64,000 bases of DNA from Candidatus Latescibacterota bacterium (GTDB taxonomy: Bacteria; Latescibacterota; UBA2968; UBA8231). A program made the translations under genes and the position numbers. Positions 54,673-64,000 of this stretch are shown piece after piece (position 1 is the stretch's first letter; each line of letters opens with the position of its first letter). The notes beneath the pieces were generated by a model. That model was given only the letters and a program-made list of their open reading frames with translations, was not told the origin of the DNA and did no database searches. The stretch covers positions 1,824,001-1,888,000 of the forward strand of contig OZ242214.1 in the NCBI GenBank assembly GCA_965206595.1, read 5' to 3'.

Positions 54673-55662
54673 CTAATTCTGGGACTGGTCGAGGTTGAGG
54701 ATGTTGAGGAGCCCGCCGTTCTTATCGGATTTGATGATGTACTTTTTCAGGTCCGGAAGGATCTTTTCCATCGTCTCGAGATAGAGACGCTTCTCCGTGA
54801 CGGCCGGGGCTTTTTTGTATTCTGCATAAACGGAGCTGAAACGGTCGGCATCTCCCTGGGCTCGCCGAATGCGCTCGATTTTGTACGCTTCGGCCTCCTT
54901 GATCAGGCGTTGCGCCTCACCTCTCGCCTTGGGGATTACGTCATTTTGATATCCCCGGGCTTCGTTGACCAGCCGTTCGCGATCCTCCTTGGCGCTGGCG
55001 ACATCCTTGAAGGCGTCGTCAACCTGGGCAGGCGGCCCGACAGTCTGCAGCTGAACCGATTCCACAGACAGTCCGCACTTGTATCGGTCGAACAGCTCCT
55101 GGAGTTTCTCGTGGATTTCCGTCTGGATGCGGAGCTTCCCTTCCGTAAGCGCCTCGTCGATCCGATGGCGTCCGACAACCTGCCTGAGGGCAGCTTCGCT
55201 GGCATCGTGCACCAGACCCACACTGCGATTTTCGAAAACCCCCAATCCGGAGACGCTGAAGAGGGCATCGACGACGCTCGAGACGCGGTACTGAACCACC
55301 ATCTCGACATCGATGATGTTTTCATCTCCCGTCAGCATCAGTGATTCCTTGGGCTTGGCGCTGTAGCGCGCCGGTGGCCCCGGGTCGATGGTTCGAAATC
55401 CGATCTCTTCGCGGTAGATCTGCGTAACCGATCTGGTGATGCGGTTTTCGATCGGCGATGGAAGGTGATAGTGCAACCCCGGATCGACGACGGCGTGCAG
55501 CTTGCCGAAACGTAACACCACCGCCTTCTCGTCGGGAGCTACGGTGTAGATGCCACTGAGAAGCCAGAGCCCGAAAAGAACACCGACGACGAGGTAAACG
55601 GTTCGCGGGTTCAGCTTCAGGGAAGAGACGGGGGATTTGGGAAAGTCGAACTGTTGAGGCAT
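54673..55662 (-). CDS. hflK: FtsH modulator HflK
   Basis: SGIYTV...E.AVVLRFG, MLTGDENI, VQYR, PP.QV.DAF.DV..A.ED, IPKARGEA, EY.KAP.VT..RLYLETME; start set at MPQQF. Confidence 0.95.
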   Translation of the reverse strand: MPQQFDFPKSPVSSLKLNPRTVYLVVGVLFGLWLLSGIYTVAPDEKAVVLRFGKLHAVVDPGLHYHLPSPIENRITRSVTQIYREEIGFRTIDPGPPARYSAKPKESLMLTGDENIIDVEMVVQYRVSSVVDALFSVSGLGVFENRSVGLVHDASEAALRQVVGRHRIDEALTEGKLRIQTEIHEKLQELFDRYKCGLSVESVQLQTVGPPAQVDDAFKDVASAKEDRERLVNEARGYQNDVIPKARGEAQRLIKEAEAYKIERIRRAQGDADRFSSVYAEYKKAPAVTEKRLYLETMEKILPDLKKYIIKSDKNGGLLNILNLDQSQN

Positions 55663-55768
55663 GCTCCCACTGCCTTTCGGGCTGTTGTATCGAATCCGCG
55701 AGAATCTATGCGTCCCGGAAATCGCTGTCAATTAGACCCCGGCAAAAGGGGGGAGAGGTTCGTCTCGG

Positions 55769-55797
55769 TTGACAACTGCACAGCGGCTGTCTATCGT
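55769..55797 (+). promoter_or_regulatory. Putative sigma70 promoter for clpP
   Basis: TTGACA-17 bp-TATCGT, about 90 nt upstream of clpP. Confidence 0.55.
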
Positions 55798-55825
55798 CCG
55801 CAAAGAGTTGCTTTCGCTAATCAAC

Positions 55826-55876
55826 CCTCGCGCCTCGCGCAACAGGACGAGCCTCGCGCCTCGCGCAACAGGACGA
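55826..55876 (+). repeat. Perfect tandem duplication of 25 bp (period 26) in the clpP leader
   Basis: CCTCGCGCCTCGCGCAACAGGACGA at 55826-55850 and 55852-55876. Confidence 0.9.
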
Positions 55877-55889
55877 ACTTCAGCTTCCC

Positions 55890-56504
55890 ATGGCGGTAAT
55901 TCCCGTAGTCATCGAGCAGACAGGGCGCGGAGAACGCGCCTACGACATCTTCTCACGGTTGCTGAAGGAGCGCATCGTCTTCATCGGCATGCCAATCGAT
56001 GACGGCGAGGCCAACCTCGTCATCGCGCAACTGCTCTTTCTTGCATCGGAAGACCCAAAGCAGGACATCTCCCTGTACATAAACAGCCCCGGTGGACTAA
56101 TCACGTCAGGGCTTGCCATCTACGACACCATGCAGCACATCCCCTGCGACGTCGCGACCTTGTGCGTCGGGCAGGCGTACAGCATGAGCGCAATTCTGCT
56201 GGCGGGAGGCGCCAGGGGGAAGCGCCATGCCCTTCCCCATTCGCGTATCATGCTTCACCAGCCTTGGGGAGGTATCGGCGGTCAGGCTGCGGACATGGAG
56301 ATTCAGGCCAGGGAAGTCATGGACTGGCGTCAGAGACTCAACGATATCCTGGTAGCCGATGCCGAGCAGCCCTTGGCGAGGATAGAGGAAGTTACCGAGA
56401 GGAACTATTTCCTGTCGCCGCACGAAGCGCAGGATTTTGGGTTGATCGACGGAATCTTCGAATCTGCGAGCGAACTGGAAGCGAAAAAGTCTTCCTCGGG
56501 TTGA
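55890..56504 (+). CDS. clpP: ATP-dependent Clp protease proteolytic subunit
   Basis: [39 protein letters not shown] (Ser), MLHQP (His), TERNYF (Asp position is Asn). Confidence 0.96.
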   Translation: MAVIPVVIEQTGRGERAYDIFSRLLKERIVFIGMPIDDGEANLVIAQLLFLASEDPKQDISLYINSPGGLITSGLAIYDTMQHIPCDVATLCVGQAYSMSAILLAGGARGKRHALPHSRIMLHQPWGGIGGQAADMEIQAREVMDWRQRLNDILVADAEQPLARIEEVTERNYFLSPHEAQDFGLIDGIFESASELEAKKSSSG

Positions 56505-56541
56505 CCTTTTGCCAGAAGGCTCTCCCGGACCAAGGGGTCCC

Positions 56542-57421
56542 TCAATCGAACACCGACCGATTGCGACCCGAATCCTTCGCTTTGTAAAGGCGCGAATCTG
56601 CACATTCGATCAATTTCTCCACTGAATCCGCCTCGTCGAGCGGAAATGATGCGATCCCCAGACTGATCGTAACCCGCTCGCTTCGCCCCCCGTTCGAGTG
56701 GAGCTGCCCGGCTACCGACTCCCTCAAGCGTTCCGCCAGAACGGCAGCCCCGGGACGGTCGGTGTGGGGCAATACCACGGCGAACTCCTCTCCGCCATAT
56801 CGCGCCAGGATGTCCTCCTTGCGTATCCGCCGTCTCGCCAGTTCTGCAGTGCCCTTCAAAACGGTGTCTCCGAACGGGTGTCCATAGGTGTCGTTCACGT
56901 CTTTGAAGTTATCAAGATCGAAAAGAATCAATGATACGGAGGTTCGGTGTCGACGTGCTTCGCCGAGGCGCATTCTCAGCTGCTTATCGAGGAAGCGTCG
57001 GGTGTACGCCCCGGTCAGCTCGTCGACAACTGCCTGTGCGCGCAGCAGATCCAGACGGTGCTTGACCTTCAGCAAGAGTTCAGTCCGCCGGACGACCTCC
57101 TCCGGGTCGACAGGCAGAGACAGGTAGTCCCCGACGGTGCAGTCGAGATATTTGGGGTAGTTGGCCGGCTCCCGACTCCCGCAACAACAGAATGGGGATG
57201 TCCTGTGAACGACACAGGGCGATCATGGTCTCTGGATAATCCGGAGTCACGGAGTCGGAGCGGTCCCCTATGAACACGAGGTCCACGCTGGCGGTAGTGA
57301 AGTAGGCGAGGGTCCCTGCCTCGGGTGGCATGGCGGTTATCACGTGATCTCCCGAGGAAATCGCCCTCTTCACCTTCTCGACGATCGCCTGGTTGCCTGA
57401 GAGAATCAGAATGTTACTCAT
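56542..57421 (-). pseudogene. REC-GGDEF diguanylate cyclase split by a 1-nt frameshift (or an assembly error)
   Basis: N-part (57421 down: MSNILIL...VDLVFI...DIPILLL) continues in another frame as DYLSLPVDPEEVVRR, then DELTG, DLDNFKDVNDTYGH, RKED, RYGGEEF; shift at about 57135-57185. Confidence 0.8.
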
Positions 57422-58410
57422 GAAACAGCACTTTTCCCGGGGAACGCAACGACTTCCTGAATGGCATGGGTAGAGGTGATAAGCATGACGAGGCGATCGA
57501 TCCCGAGGGCCATTCCCGCGGCGTCAGGCATTTGGTGCAGCGAGTCCAGAAAACCCTCGTCGAGCGGATAGCGCTTCCCGTATGGCCGGTGGCTGCGTTC
57601 GGCCATGAGCCTTCTTCTCTGTCGTCTGGGGTCGGTTTGTTCGCTGAAGCCGTTTGCAAGCTCAAGGCCTGCGATATATAGCTCGACTCGTGAGGCAGTG
57701 TGGGGATCGGTTTCCTTCTGCTTTGCCATCGGCGACAGACGCGATGGGTAGTCCATCAGGAAGACAGGTCTGGGCTCGCGCATCAAGGCCGGTTCAACCC
57801 TCTCGATCAACAGTTTGGCGAAGAGATCGTCCCATGAGTCGCCGAGATCTGTGCTCAGAAAACCCGCAGCTGCTGCTGCTCGGGCGAATTCCTCCTCGGA
57901 CCACGAGAAATCGATCTTCAGATCGGCGTGGCGGCTGAAAGCTTCGACAACCGAGATACGTGACCACGGCGAGTCGAGCTCGACGCGGGTACCGTCAAAG
58001 GTCAGCGACTTCGAGTGGAGAACCTCGGCTGCAACGTACCGTACGAGATTCTCCGCATCCGCGGCTATCTCTTTATTGGTTTCGCCGGGACGGTACCACT
58101 CGAGCATGGTGAATTCGGGGTTATGGCATGACGTCCATTCCCCTTTCCTGAAACATCGGCAGACTTGAAAGATGCGCCCGAACCCCTCGGACAAAAGCCG
58201 CTTCATATGAGGCTCCGGCGAGGTAATCAGATAGCTCTCCGATGCCGGATCTCCGTCAGTCCGGATACGCATCGGAAGTATGTGACACTCTGGATTCGGG
58301 GCGGCTACCAAGGTGGGCGTCTCTACTTCGAGAAAACCCGCTTCGGTGAAGAAACGCCGGGTAGAGGCGATTGTTTTCGCCCGCTGCTTCAGGATGCGAC
58401 GGCGGTGCAT
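57418..58410 (-). CDS. epmA: EF-P lysine aminoacylase (GenX/PoxA)
   Basis: FLEVETP, YLITSPE.HMKRLL, CFR.GE...HNPEFTMLEWY, ELANGFSE.TD, GMALGIDRL; LysRS catalytic domain without anticodon domain. Confidence 0.92.
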   Translation of the reverse strand: MHRRRILKQRAKTIASTRRFFTEAGFLEVETPTLVAAPNPECHILPMRIRTDGDPASESYLITSPEPHMKRLLSEGFGRIFQVCRCFRKGEWTSCHNPEFTMLEWYRPGETNKEIAADAENLVRYVAAEVLHSKSLTFDGTRVELDSPWSRISVVEAFSRHADLKIDFSWSEEEFARAAAAAGFLSTDLGDSWDDLFAKLLIERVEPALMREPRPVFLMDYPSRLSPMAKQKETDPHTASRVELYIAGLELANGFSEQTDPRRQRRRLMAERSHRPYGKRYPLDEGFLDSLHQMPDAAGMALGIDRLVMLITSTHAIQEVVAFPGKSAVS

Positions 58411-58412
58411 CC

Positions 58413-59537
58413 TAGTGTTTAATTGCATTAATTGTCGTTATAACGTATGTTGAGAGTATGCCCCGAAAAGCTACCCCCATTTCGTTGACGGAAGAGGATC
58501 GGGCCACCTTGAAGCTCTGGGCGCGGTCGGCTACCAGCGAACAGCGGTTCGCTCTGCGTGCGCGCATCATCCTGGCGGCCGCCTCCGGTCAACCGACCGA
58601 TGCGATCGCGCAGCGGCTGAGGATGCGCACGGCCACTGTGAGCAAGTGGCGAACGCGCTTTGCCCGCCACGGCCTGGGCGGCCTGCAGGATGCGCCGCGG
58701 CCCGGTCAGCCGAAACGGTATGATGAAGAAACCGAGCACCGCATCCTCGACCTGGTGTCGCAGCCGCCGCCGGCCGGGCACGCGACCTGGACCGCCGCCC
58801 TGGTGGCCGAGACGTTGGGAGAGGTGTCCGTCCATCATGTGTGGAGAGTGCTGGGTCAGCATAAGATCCACCTGCAAAGGCGACGCTCGTATTGCGTAAG
58901 CACCGACCCGGAATTCGCCGCCAAAGCGGCCGACATCGTCGGCTTGTACTCGACCCGCCGGAGAACGCGGTGGGGGTGTGTGTCGACGAGAAGCCGTCCA
59001 TCCAAGCGCTGGAGCGCGCCCAGGGCTAATTTACGCCTGCCCCGGGGTGCGGCGTTGAGCGGCTTCAGCCATCGCTACCAACGCCACGGCACCACGACCC
59101 TGTTTGCCGCCCTGGAGGTGGCCACCGGCCACATCCAGGGCGGGCACGCCAAGAGACGCCGGCGCCGGGAGTTCCTCGACTTCATGAACGACATGGTGGC
59201 CGCCTATCCGGCCGGCCAGACCCTCCACGTGATCCTGGACAACCTCAACACCCACAAGCCCAAGCGCGACCGCTGGTTGGCGCGCCATCCCAACGTCCAC
59301 TTCCACTATACGCCCACCAATGCGTGCTGACTCAACCTCATCGAAATCTGGTTCAGCATCCTCAGCCGCCGCGCCTTGCACGGAGCCAGCTTTACCTCGC
59401 CCCGACAGCTGCGCAACGCCATCGACGCCTTCATCGCCGCCTACAATGCCAAGGCCCACCCCTTCGAGTGGAAGAAACAGAGGGTGTACCAGGGCCGGCT
59501 CCATGATACGTACGCTGAATTATGCAATTAGGCACTA
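58413..59537 (+). mobile_element. IS630-family insertion sequence (copy 2)
   Basis: Terminal inverted repeats TAGTGTTTAATTGCAT / TAGTGCCTAATTGCAT (reverse complement); TA within CTAG at 58412-58415 and 59535-59538. Confidence 0.92.
58458..59531 (+). pseudogene. IS630 transposase, inactivated
   Basis: HTH intact; frameshift after DIVGLY (about 58949) moves DPPENA..CVDEK..IQALER out of frame; compensating shift about 59028; TGA at 59328-59330 in place of the Trp of SWLNLIE. Confidence 0.85.
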
Positions 59538-59612
59538 GGCAGCTTTACCCGGTGCCTGACACGCGAGATGGGAACACTGGGTGAGAACCTGTGACTGTCT
59601 TCGTGCGGTTGA

Positions 59613-60842
59613 TCAAGCCCGCTTGCGTTTGTGGACGAATGTCGGAGGGCTCTTGGCGTCGATGAAATCCCCGGTGATGATGCATTCCTTGATATCGCTT
59701 CGCGAAGGAAGTTCATACATCACCTCGAACATCGCGGTTTCCAACACGGCACGGAGCCCTCGAGCTCCCATCTCCTTCTCCTGACACAGCTTGACGACTT
59801 TATCGAGAGCCTCCTGCGCGAACCTTAGTACGAGGCCGTCCATCTCAAACAGCTTCTGGTACTGCCTCACGAGGGCATTCTTCGGTTTTACGAGGATGTC
59901 GTGCAGTGCCTCGGCACTCAATGGGTGCAGAGAGCTTACGACAGGGAGGCGGCCGATCAGTTCGGGGATCAACCCGTACTTAATGAGATCTTCAGGCTCG
60001 ACACGGGACAGCAGGTGGCCGACGTCTTGATCGCCGGCAGTTTCCGTGCCAGCCCCAAATCCCATGGCACGCCTGCCGGTCCGGGCGCTGATGATCTTCT
60101 CGAGTCCATCGAAGGCACCGCCGCAAATGAACAGGATGTTTCGCGTGTTTATCTGGACCAGCGGCTGTTCCGGATGTTTCCTGCCACCCTTTGGGGGCAC
60201 TCCAGAAACGGTACCTTCGAGAATCTTCAGCAACTCCTGCTGAACACCTTCTCCAGACACATCGCGCGTAATCGAAGGATTTCCTGATTTCCTGGCGATT
60301 TTGTCGATCTCATCGATAAACAGGATGCCGCGTTCTGCCTTGCCGACGTCGTAGTCCGCGGCCTGCAAAATACGCACTAGGATATTCTCGACATCTTCGC
60401 CGACGTAGCCGGCTTCCGTCAGGACAGTTGCATCAACTATGGCGAAGGGGATTTGAAGGATTCTGGCCAGGGTCTCGGCGAGCAAGGTCTTGCCTGTGCC
60501 GGTGGGACCGAGAAGGAGGATATTGCTTTTGGTCAGCTCGACCTCGGATTTGCCGGAATAAATCCGCTTATAATGGTTGTAGACCGCTACGGAAAGTGCT
60601 TTCTTTGCGCGCTCCTGGCCAATGATGTGCTTGTCGAGCTGGGTCTTAATCTCTGCAGGCTTAGGCAATGGATGGCCAAATGCGTTGGGCTCCTCCGCCT
60701 CCTCTTCTTCCAGAACCTCGTTACAAAGATTCACGCACTCGTTGCATATGTGCACTGAGGGCCCGGTGATGATTTTTTCGACCTGGGTGACTCCTTTGCC
60801 ACAGAACGAGCATGTGACTGTATTTCTCGGTTTTTTCAACAT
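59613..60842 (-). CDS. clpX: ATP-dependent Clp protease ATP-binding subunit ClpX
   Basis: C4 zinc finger CSFCG...[59 protein letters not shown]. Confidence 0.98.
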   Translation of the reverse strand: MLKKPRNTVTCSFCGKGVTQVEKIITGPSVHICNECVNLCNEVLEEEEAEEPNAFGHPLPKPAEIKTQLDKHIIGQERAKKALSVAVYNHYKRIYSGKSEVELTKSNILLLGPTGTGKTLLAETLARILQIPFAIVDATVLTEAGYVGEDVENILVRILQAADYDVGKAERGILFIDEIDKIARKSGNPSITRDVSGEGVQQELLKILEGTVSGVPPKGGRKHPEQPLVQINTRNILFICGGAFDGLEKIISARTGRRAMGFGAGTETAGDQDVGHLLSRVEPEDLIKYGLIPELIGRLPVVSSLHPLSAEALHDILVKPKNALVRQYQKLFEMDGLVLRFAQEALDKVVKLCQEKEMGARGLRAVLETAMFEVMYELPSRSDIKECIITGDFIDAKSPPTFVHKRKRA

Positions 60843-60862
60843 CGGTGCCTCGCTCGATCCGA

Positions 60863-61648
60863 CTATGGAGATTCCTCCATGTCTTCGGGCCGGGATTCGA
60901 TGCTAGCTGCTGCAATATTGGCACTACCCTCAACAATTCCAGATTCGTGATTTTCAACTTCGGGCAGAGATTCCTGGGTTGGCTCCCCCGTTGAACCGGC
61001 TCCCCCCTCACCTTCCTGGGATGCGAGCTCTCCTCCGGGTAGCGAATGTGAAACCGATGCCTCATTGCCACCATCGGAGACACCAACTTCGTCGGAGGTA
61101 AGGGAGTCTTCGGGGTCATTCGATGACGCTGTCGTCCGGGGGACGACAGCTGTAGGTGAGCCACTTTCGGCCTCCCCTTCCTGGCCCTCACTGCTCTTCA
61201 TAACGTTGATTGCTTGAAAACCCTTGGCTGTCTTGGTCACCATGAATTCAACCTCGTCACCTTGTGAGAGGCTGCGATCCCATGATGAGATATCGCGCCA
61301 GTGCACGAATACATCCGTCTCAGCACCAGTTGATATGAAACCGTAACCTTTGTCGTTGTTGAACCATTTAACGGAGCCCTTGGTCCAACTGTTTTCGACC
61401 AGCACCGAGTCTTCCCGACCTCCGCGCGGAGACTCCTGGGCAGGTTTTGCGGAAGGTGTTTTTCCTGATTCGACTTCGACAACCCGGTCCTGGATTTCTC
61501 TGAGGTTGTCGTCGTTGCCAAGCACCATTTCCACCCCTGCCATTAAGCCGACTACGTAGCTGCTGTCATTACCGTGCAGCTTTCGGGCCATGACGAGCTT
61601 TTCCGCAAGCGTTGCAATGGCTGCGTTATTCAGGCTCAGTGGACTCAA
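60863..61648 (-). CDS. Cold-shock domain protein with extra N-terminal domain and acidic tail
   Basis: Central [16 protein letters not shown] (RNP1), DVFVHW (RNP2), GFQAINV; AGGAGG RBS before the TTG start. Confidence 0.85.
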   Translation of the reverse strand: MSPLSLNNAAIATLAEKLVMARKLHGNDSSYVVGLMAGVEMVLGNDDNLREIQDRVVEVESGKTPSAKPAQESPRGGREDSVLVENSWTKGSVKWFNNDKGYGFISTGAETDVFVHWRDISSWDRSLSQGDEVEFMVTKTAKGFQAINVMKSSEGQEGEAESGSPTAVVPRTTASSNDPEDSLTSDEVGVSDGGNEASVSHSLPGGELASQEGEGGAGSTGEPTQESLPEVENHESGIVEGSANIAAASIESRPEDMEESP

Positions 61649-61988
61649 GAGTCGAAACCTCCTTTTAGCGACCGCTGTTCACCGCGGGTCGCGGTTCTGC
61701 CGGAAGAAATGCCGTAACCAGTGAATAATCACCCACTTCCGTGAATAAGCGGTTGGATAATTAGCATTTGAAGCTCATTTGTCAAATCATCTCTAAAAAA
61801 ATCTACAAGCCCTGTCCTGTCCGAACCCTTGTCATGGATTGGCCCAATATGGCACTGCATGGCAAAATGGTTTAATGGGATTGTTTGGAGCAACAATGCG
61901 ACTCTTATTCCTGGTGGAGGAACCGCAATTCCAAACCAAGCGGAACATCCATCGCCTGTCGACACATATGGCCGACGTCGATCTGAAC

Positions 61989-62318
61989 TCAATCCGATAT
62001 GACCGCGTCCAGCTTTCCTGTGATCTGGGACTTGGGGACCGCTCCGATCACCTGGTCGGCCACCTTGCCCTCCTTGAAAATCAAAAGCGTGGGAATGCTG
62101 CGGATTCCATACTCACCAGCGGTTTTTTGTGCATCGTCTACATCGAGCTTGCAGATTTTGGCACGACCCGAATACTCGTTGGCCAATTCCTCAACGATAG
62201 GAGCGACCATCCTGCAGGGGCCGCACCAAGCGGCCCAAAAATCAACGAGAACGGGTATCTCTGCGCTCAGCACTTCGACGCTGAAGTTGTCATCGGTCAA
62301 GGCAATCGGCTCGCTCAT
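61989..62318 (-). CDS. trxA: Thioredoxin
   Basis: VLVDFWAAWCGPC, KLDVD, IRSIPTL, G..PKS; start set at MSEPIA. Confidence 0.96.
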   Translation of the reverse strand: MSEPIALTDDNFSVEVLSAEIPVLVDFWAAWCGPCRMVAPIVEELANEYSGRAKICKLDVDDAQKTAGEYGIRSIPTLLIFKEGKVADQVIGAVPKSQITGKLDAVISD

Positions 62319-62410
62319 TCTCAAGTCTGTAGGTGATGGCACGCACGCGCGCGCTCGCAAGTTTTCGATGTCGTAACTGACAAATTATCAGCAGGTTATG
62401 CTGTTACCGG

Positions 62411-62439
62411 AATATAACGAGGGGGTCGGACCATGTCAA
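62411..62439 (-). promoter_or_regulatory. Near-consensus sigma70 promoter for trxA
   Basis: On the - strand TTGACA-17 bp-TATATT. Confidence 0.7.
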
Positions 62440-62661
62440 CCGAACAAGGATTTGCCTTGCATGGAGGAGTAGTATTGGTCCACGGTGGAGCTGGTGAAGA
62501 TCAGGTAAAAACGGTGTATCCATTTGAACAGGTTTTTGGGGGAAGTATACGGCAGGATGGAGGGCCGAGAAGGGCCCCCTGATCGGACCGCGGTTATGAC
62601 TGATAGTTAGAAGGGCGTACCCGTGCATGCGTCCGGCTACCTCCGTTTTTTCAGGCAGCAC

Positions 62662-63636
62662 TAGTGTCCCGTCCCAGGAATATATTGAATAAATATGATT
62701 TCCTCAGTAGGTTCCTATGTAGCGATACCGCAAGGAGGAACCTATGGCAATGGGACGTCCGTTGGAGCCGCTCGACCTCAGTGAGGAAGTTCGTGCCCAA
62801 CTCGAATCCATGGCCCGTTCCCGTAGCCTGCCTCATGCGCATGTGCGGCGAGCCAAGATCGTCTTGATGAGCGATGAGGGGCTCACCAATCAACAGATCG
62901 GTCAGCATCTTGGGCTGTCGGGCGCTTCGGTTGGCAAGTGGCGCCGTCGTTTCTGCGAGCAAGGCCTGATGGGGCTCTACGATGAACTGCGCCCCGGGGG
63001 TCCGCGGTCGATAAGCGATGAGAAGGTCGCCGCTTTGATTCATACGACTCTCGAGCACCCACCGAAGGGGGCCACGCACTGGACGTGCCGTTCCCTCGCC
63101 GCCGAGATCAACCTCTCCAAGTCCACTGTTCAACGGGTATGGAAAGCGTTTGGTCTGCAGCCGCATCGGCAGAAGCACTTCACGCTGTCCAACGACCCTT
63201 TTTTTTGTGGACAAAGTCAGAGACATCGTAGGCCTCTACCTGAACCCTCCGGACAAGGCCATGGTGTTATGCGTCGACGAGAAGAGCCAGATCCAAGCCC
63301 TGGAACGGACGCAGCCGATTCTGCCTTTGGGCCTGGGCTATGTGGAAGGCGTTACGCACAGCTATATCCGGCACGGCACCACGACCTTGTTCGCGGCGCT
63401 CGAGATCGCATCGGGCAAGGTCCTGACCCAATGCAAACCCCGGCATCGGCACCAGGAATTCCTGCAGTTCCTCAAATACATAGACCAAAACGTCCCGAAA
63501 GACCTCGACATTCATCTCGTCGTAGATAACTACGCCACGCACACGCACGAAAAGGTCAAACGGTGGATCGCAGCGCGACCGCGATACCATGTTCACTATA
63601 CACCGACCTACGCCTCTTGGCTCAAGCCGTGGGGAG
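62662..63636 (+). mobile_element. IS630-family insertion sequence (copy 3), frameshifted and interrupted
   Basis: Starts at CTAGTGTCCCGTCCC (62661); transposase from 62744 with a frame change in the T8 run at 63199-63206, then DIVGLY, CVDEK, VDNY, HYTPTYASWL, then cut by the IS3 element. Confidence 0.88.
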
Positions 63637-64000
63637 TGATGTTTCCCCATGCGAGTGGACACCTCGAAGCGCCGAGTTAGATTTCCGGCAGGAGGTGTTA
63701 TCATGACAGGAAAGTATGATCGAGAGTTCAAGCTGGAGGCTATCCGCATGGCCTCGGAAGAGGGGAGTACGGCTGTTGAGGTAGAGCGGCGCCTGGGCAT
63801 CAGCCAGGGCCTCATCAGCCGTTGGAAGAAGCAGTTGAAGGCCAAGGCAGAGGAAGCCTTTCCGGGGACCGGCCACTTGAGTGATAGCGACGAGGAGATC
63901 AGGCGACTGCGTCGTGAGTTGACGCGGGTATCGCAGGAGCGGGATATCCTAAAAAAGGCGGCGGCCTTCTTCGCCAACGAATCGCGATGAGGTACGACTT
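63637..64000 (+). mobile_element. IS3-family element, left end (runs off the window)
   Basis: Left IR TGATGTTTCCCCATGCGAGTGGACAC resembles IS3-type ends; A-AAA-AAG frameshift motif at 63951-63957; orfB starts in ATGA overlap at 63987. Confidence 0.85.
63703..63990 (+). CDS. IS3-family transposase OrfA
   Basis: KYDREFKLEAI, V.RRLGI...L..W, EIRRLRREL...ERDILKKAAAFF; AGGAGG RBS. Confidence 0.92.
   Translation: MTGKYDREFKLEAIRMASEEGSTAVEVERRLGISQGLISRWKKQLKAKAEEAFPGTGHLSDSDEEIRRLRRELTRVSQERDILKKAAAFFANESR

Noticed and set aside
55826-55876. Repeat considered as a mini-CRISPR
   Set aside because: Two adjacent copies with no spacer and no cas genes.
62433-62582. 49-aa ORF containing VLVHGGAG (asparaginase-2-like N-terminal motif)
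   Set aside because: Similarity is limited to that motif, and the ATG overlaps the near-consensus trxA -35 on the other strand; probably chance.

Overview
A GC-rich bacterial chromosomal window made up mostly of core housekeeping genes. The first 10.8 kb reads on the + strand (infB 3' end, DUF503, rbfA, truB, a kinase-only ribF, rpsO, an IS630, pnp, asnS, leuS). From 12 kb onward almost all genes read on the - strand (mutL, hprK, rsgA, two divergent prs paralogues around apt, hemB, plant-type metB and thrC, thiT, ychF, rqcH, valS, ymfFH-like M16 pair, gmd, gcvP, gcvT, coaE, hflKC, epmA, clpX, a cold-shock-domain fusion, trxA). The best candidate for an undescribed system lies exactly where these two gene streams converge: a ~1.2-kb AT-flanked cassette carrying a lone Cre-like tyrosine recombinase gene. 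It is bracketed by directly repeated dif-like sites (10833-10860, 11978-12005), and a third loxP/dif-like site overlaps the gene's promoter. It could be a minimal dif-integrated recombinase element or a Cre-type chromosome dimer resolution module at the terminus. Other notable features: a split FAD pathway (standalone riboflavin kinase plus an archaeal RibL-like adenylyltransferase), plant-type threonine synthase next to plant-type cystathionine gamma-synthase, a probably non-catalytic PRPP synthetase paralogue, an orphan FtsH-periplasmic/SHOCT-like membrane protein, a Ser-His-Asn ClpP, three different IS630 elements at CTAG sites (one interrupted by an IS3), a 97-bp IS630-like inverted-repeat element upstream of hemB, and a frameshifted REC-GGDEF gene. 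I saw no rRNA, tRNA or CRISPR array. All product calls come from motif recognition by eye; no database searches were run.
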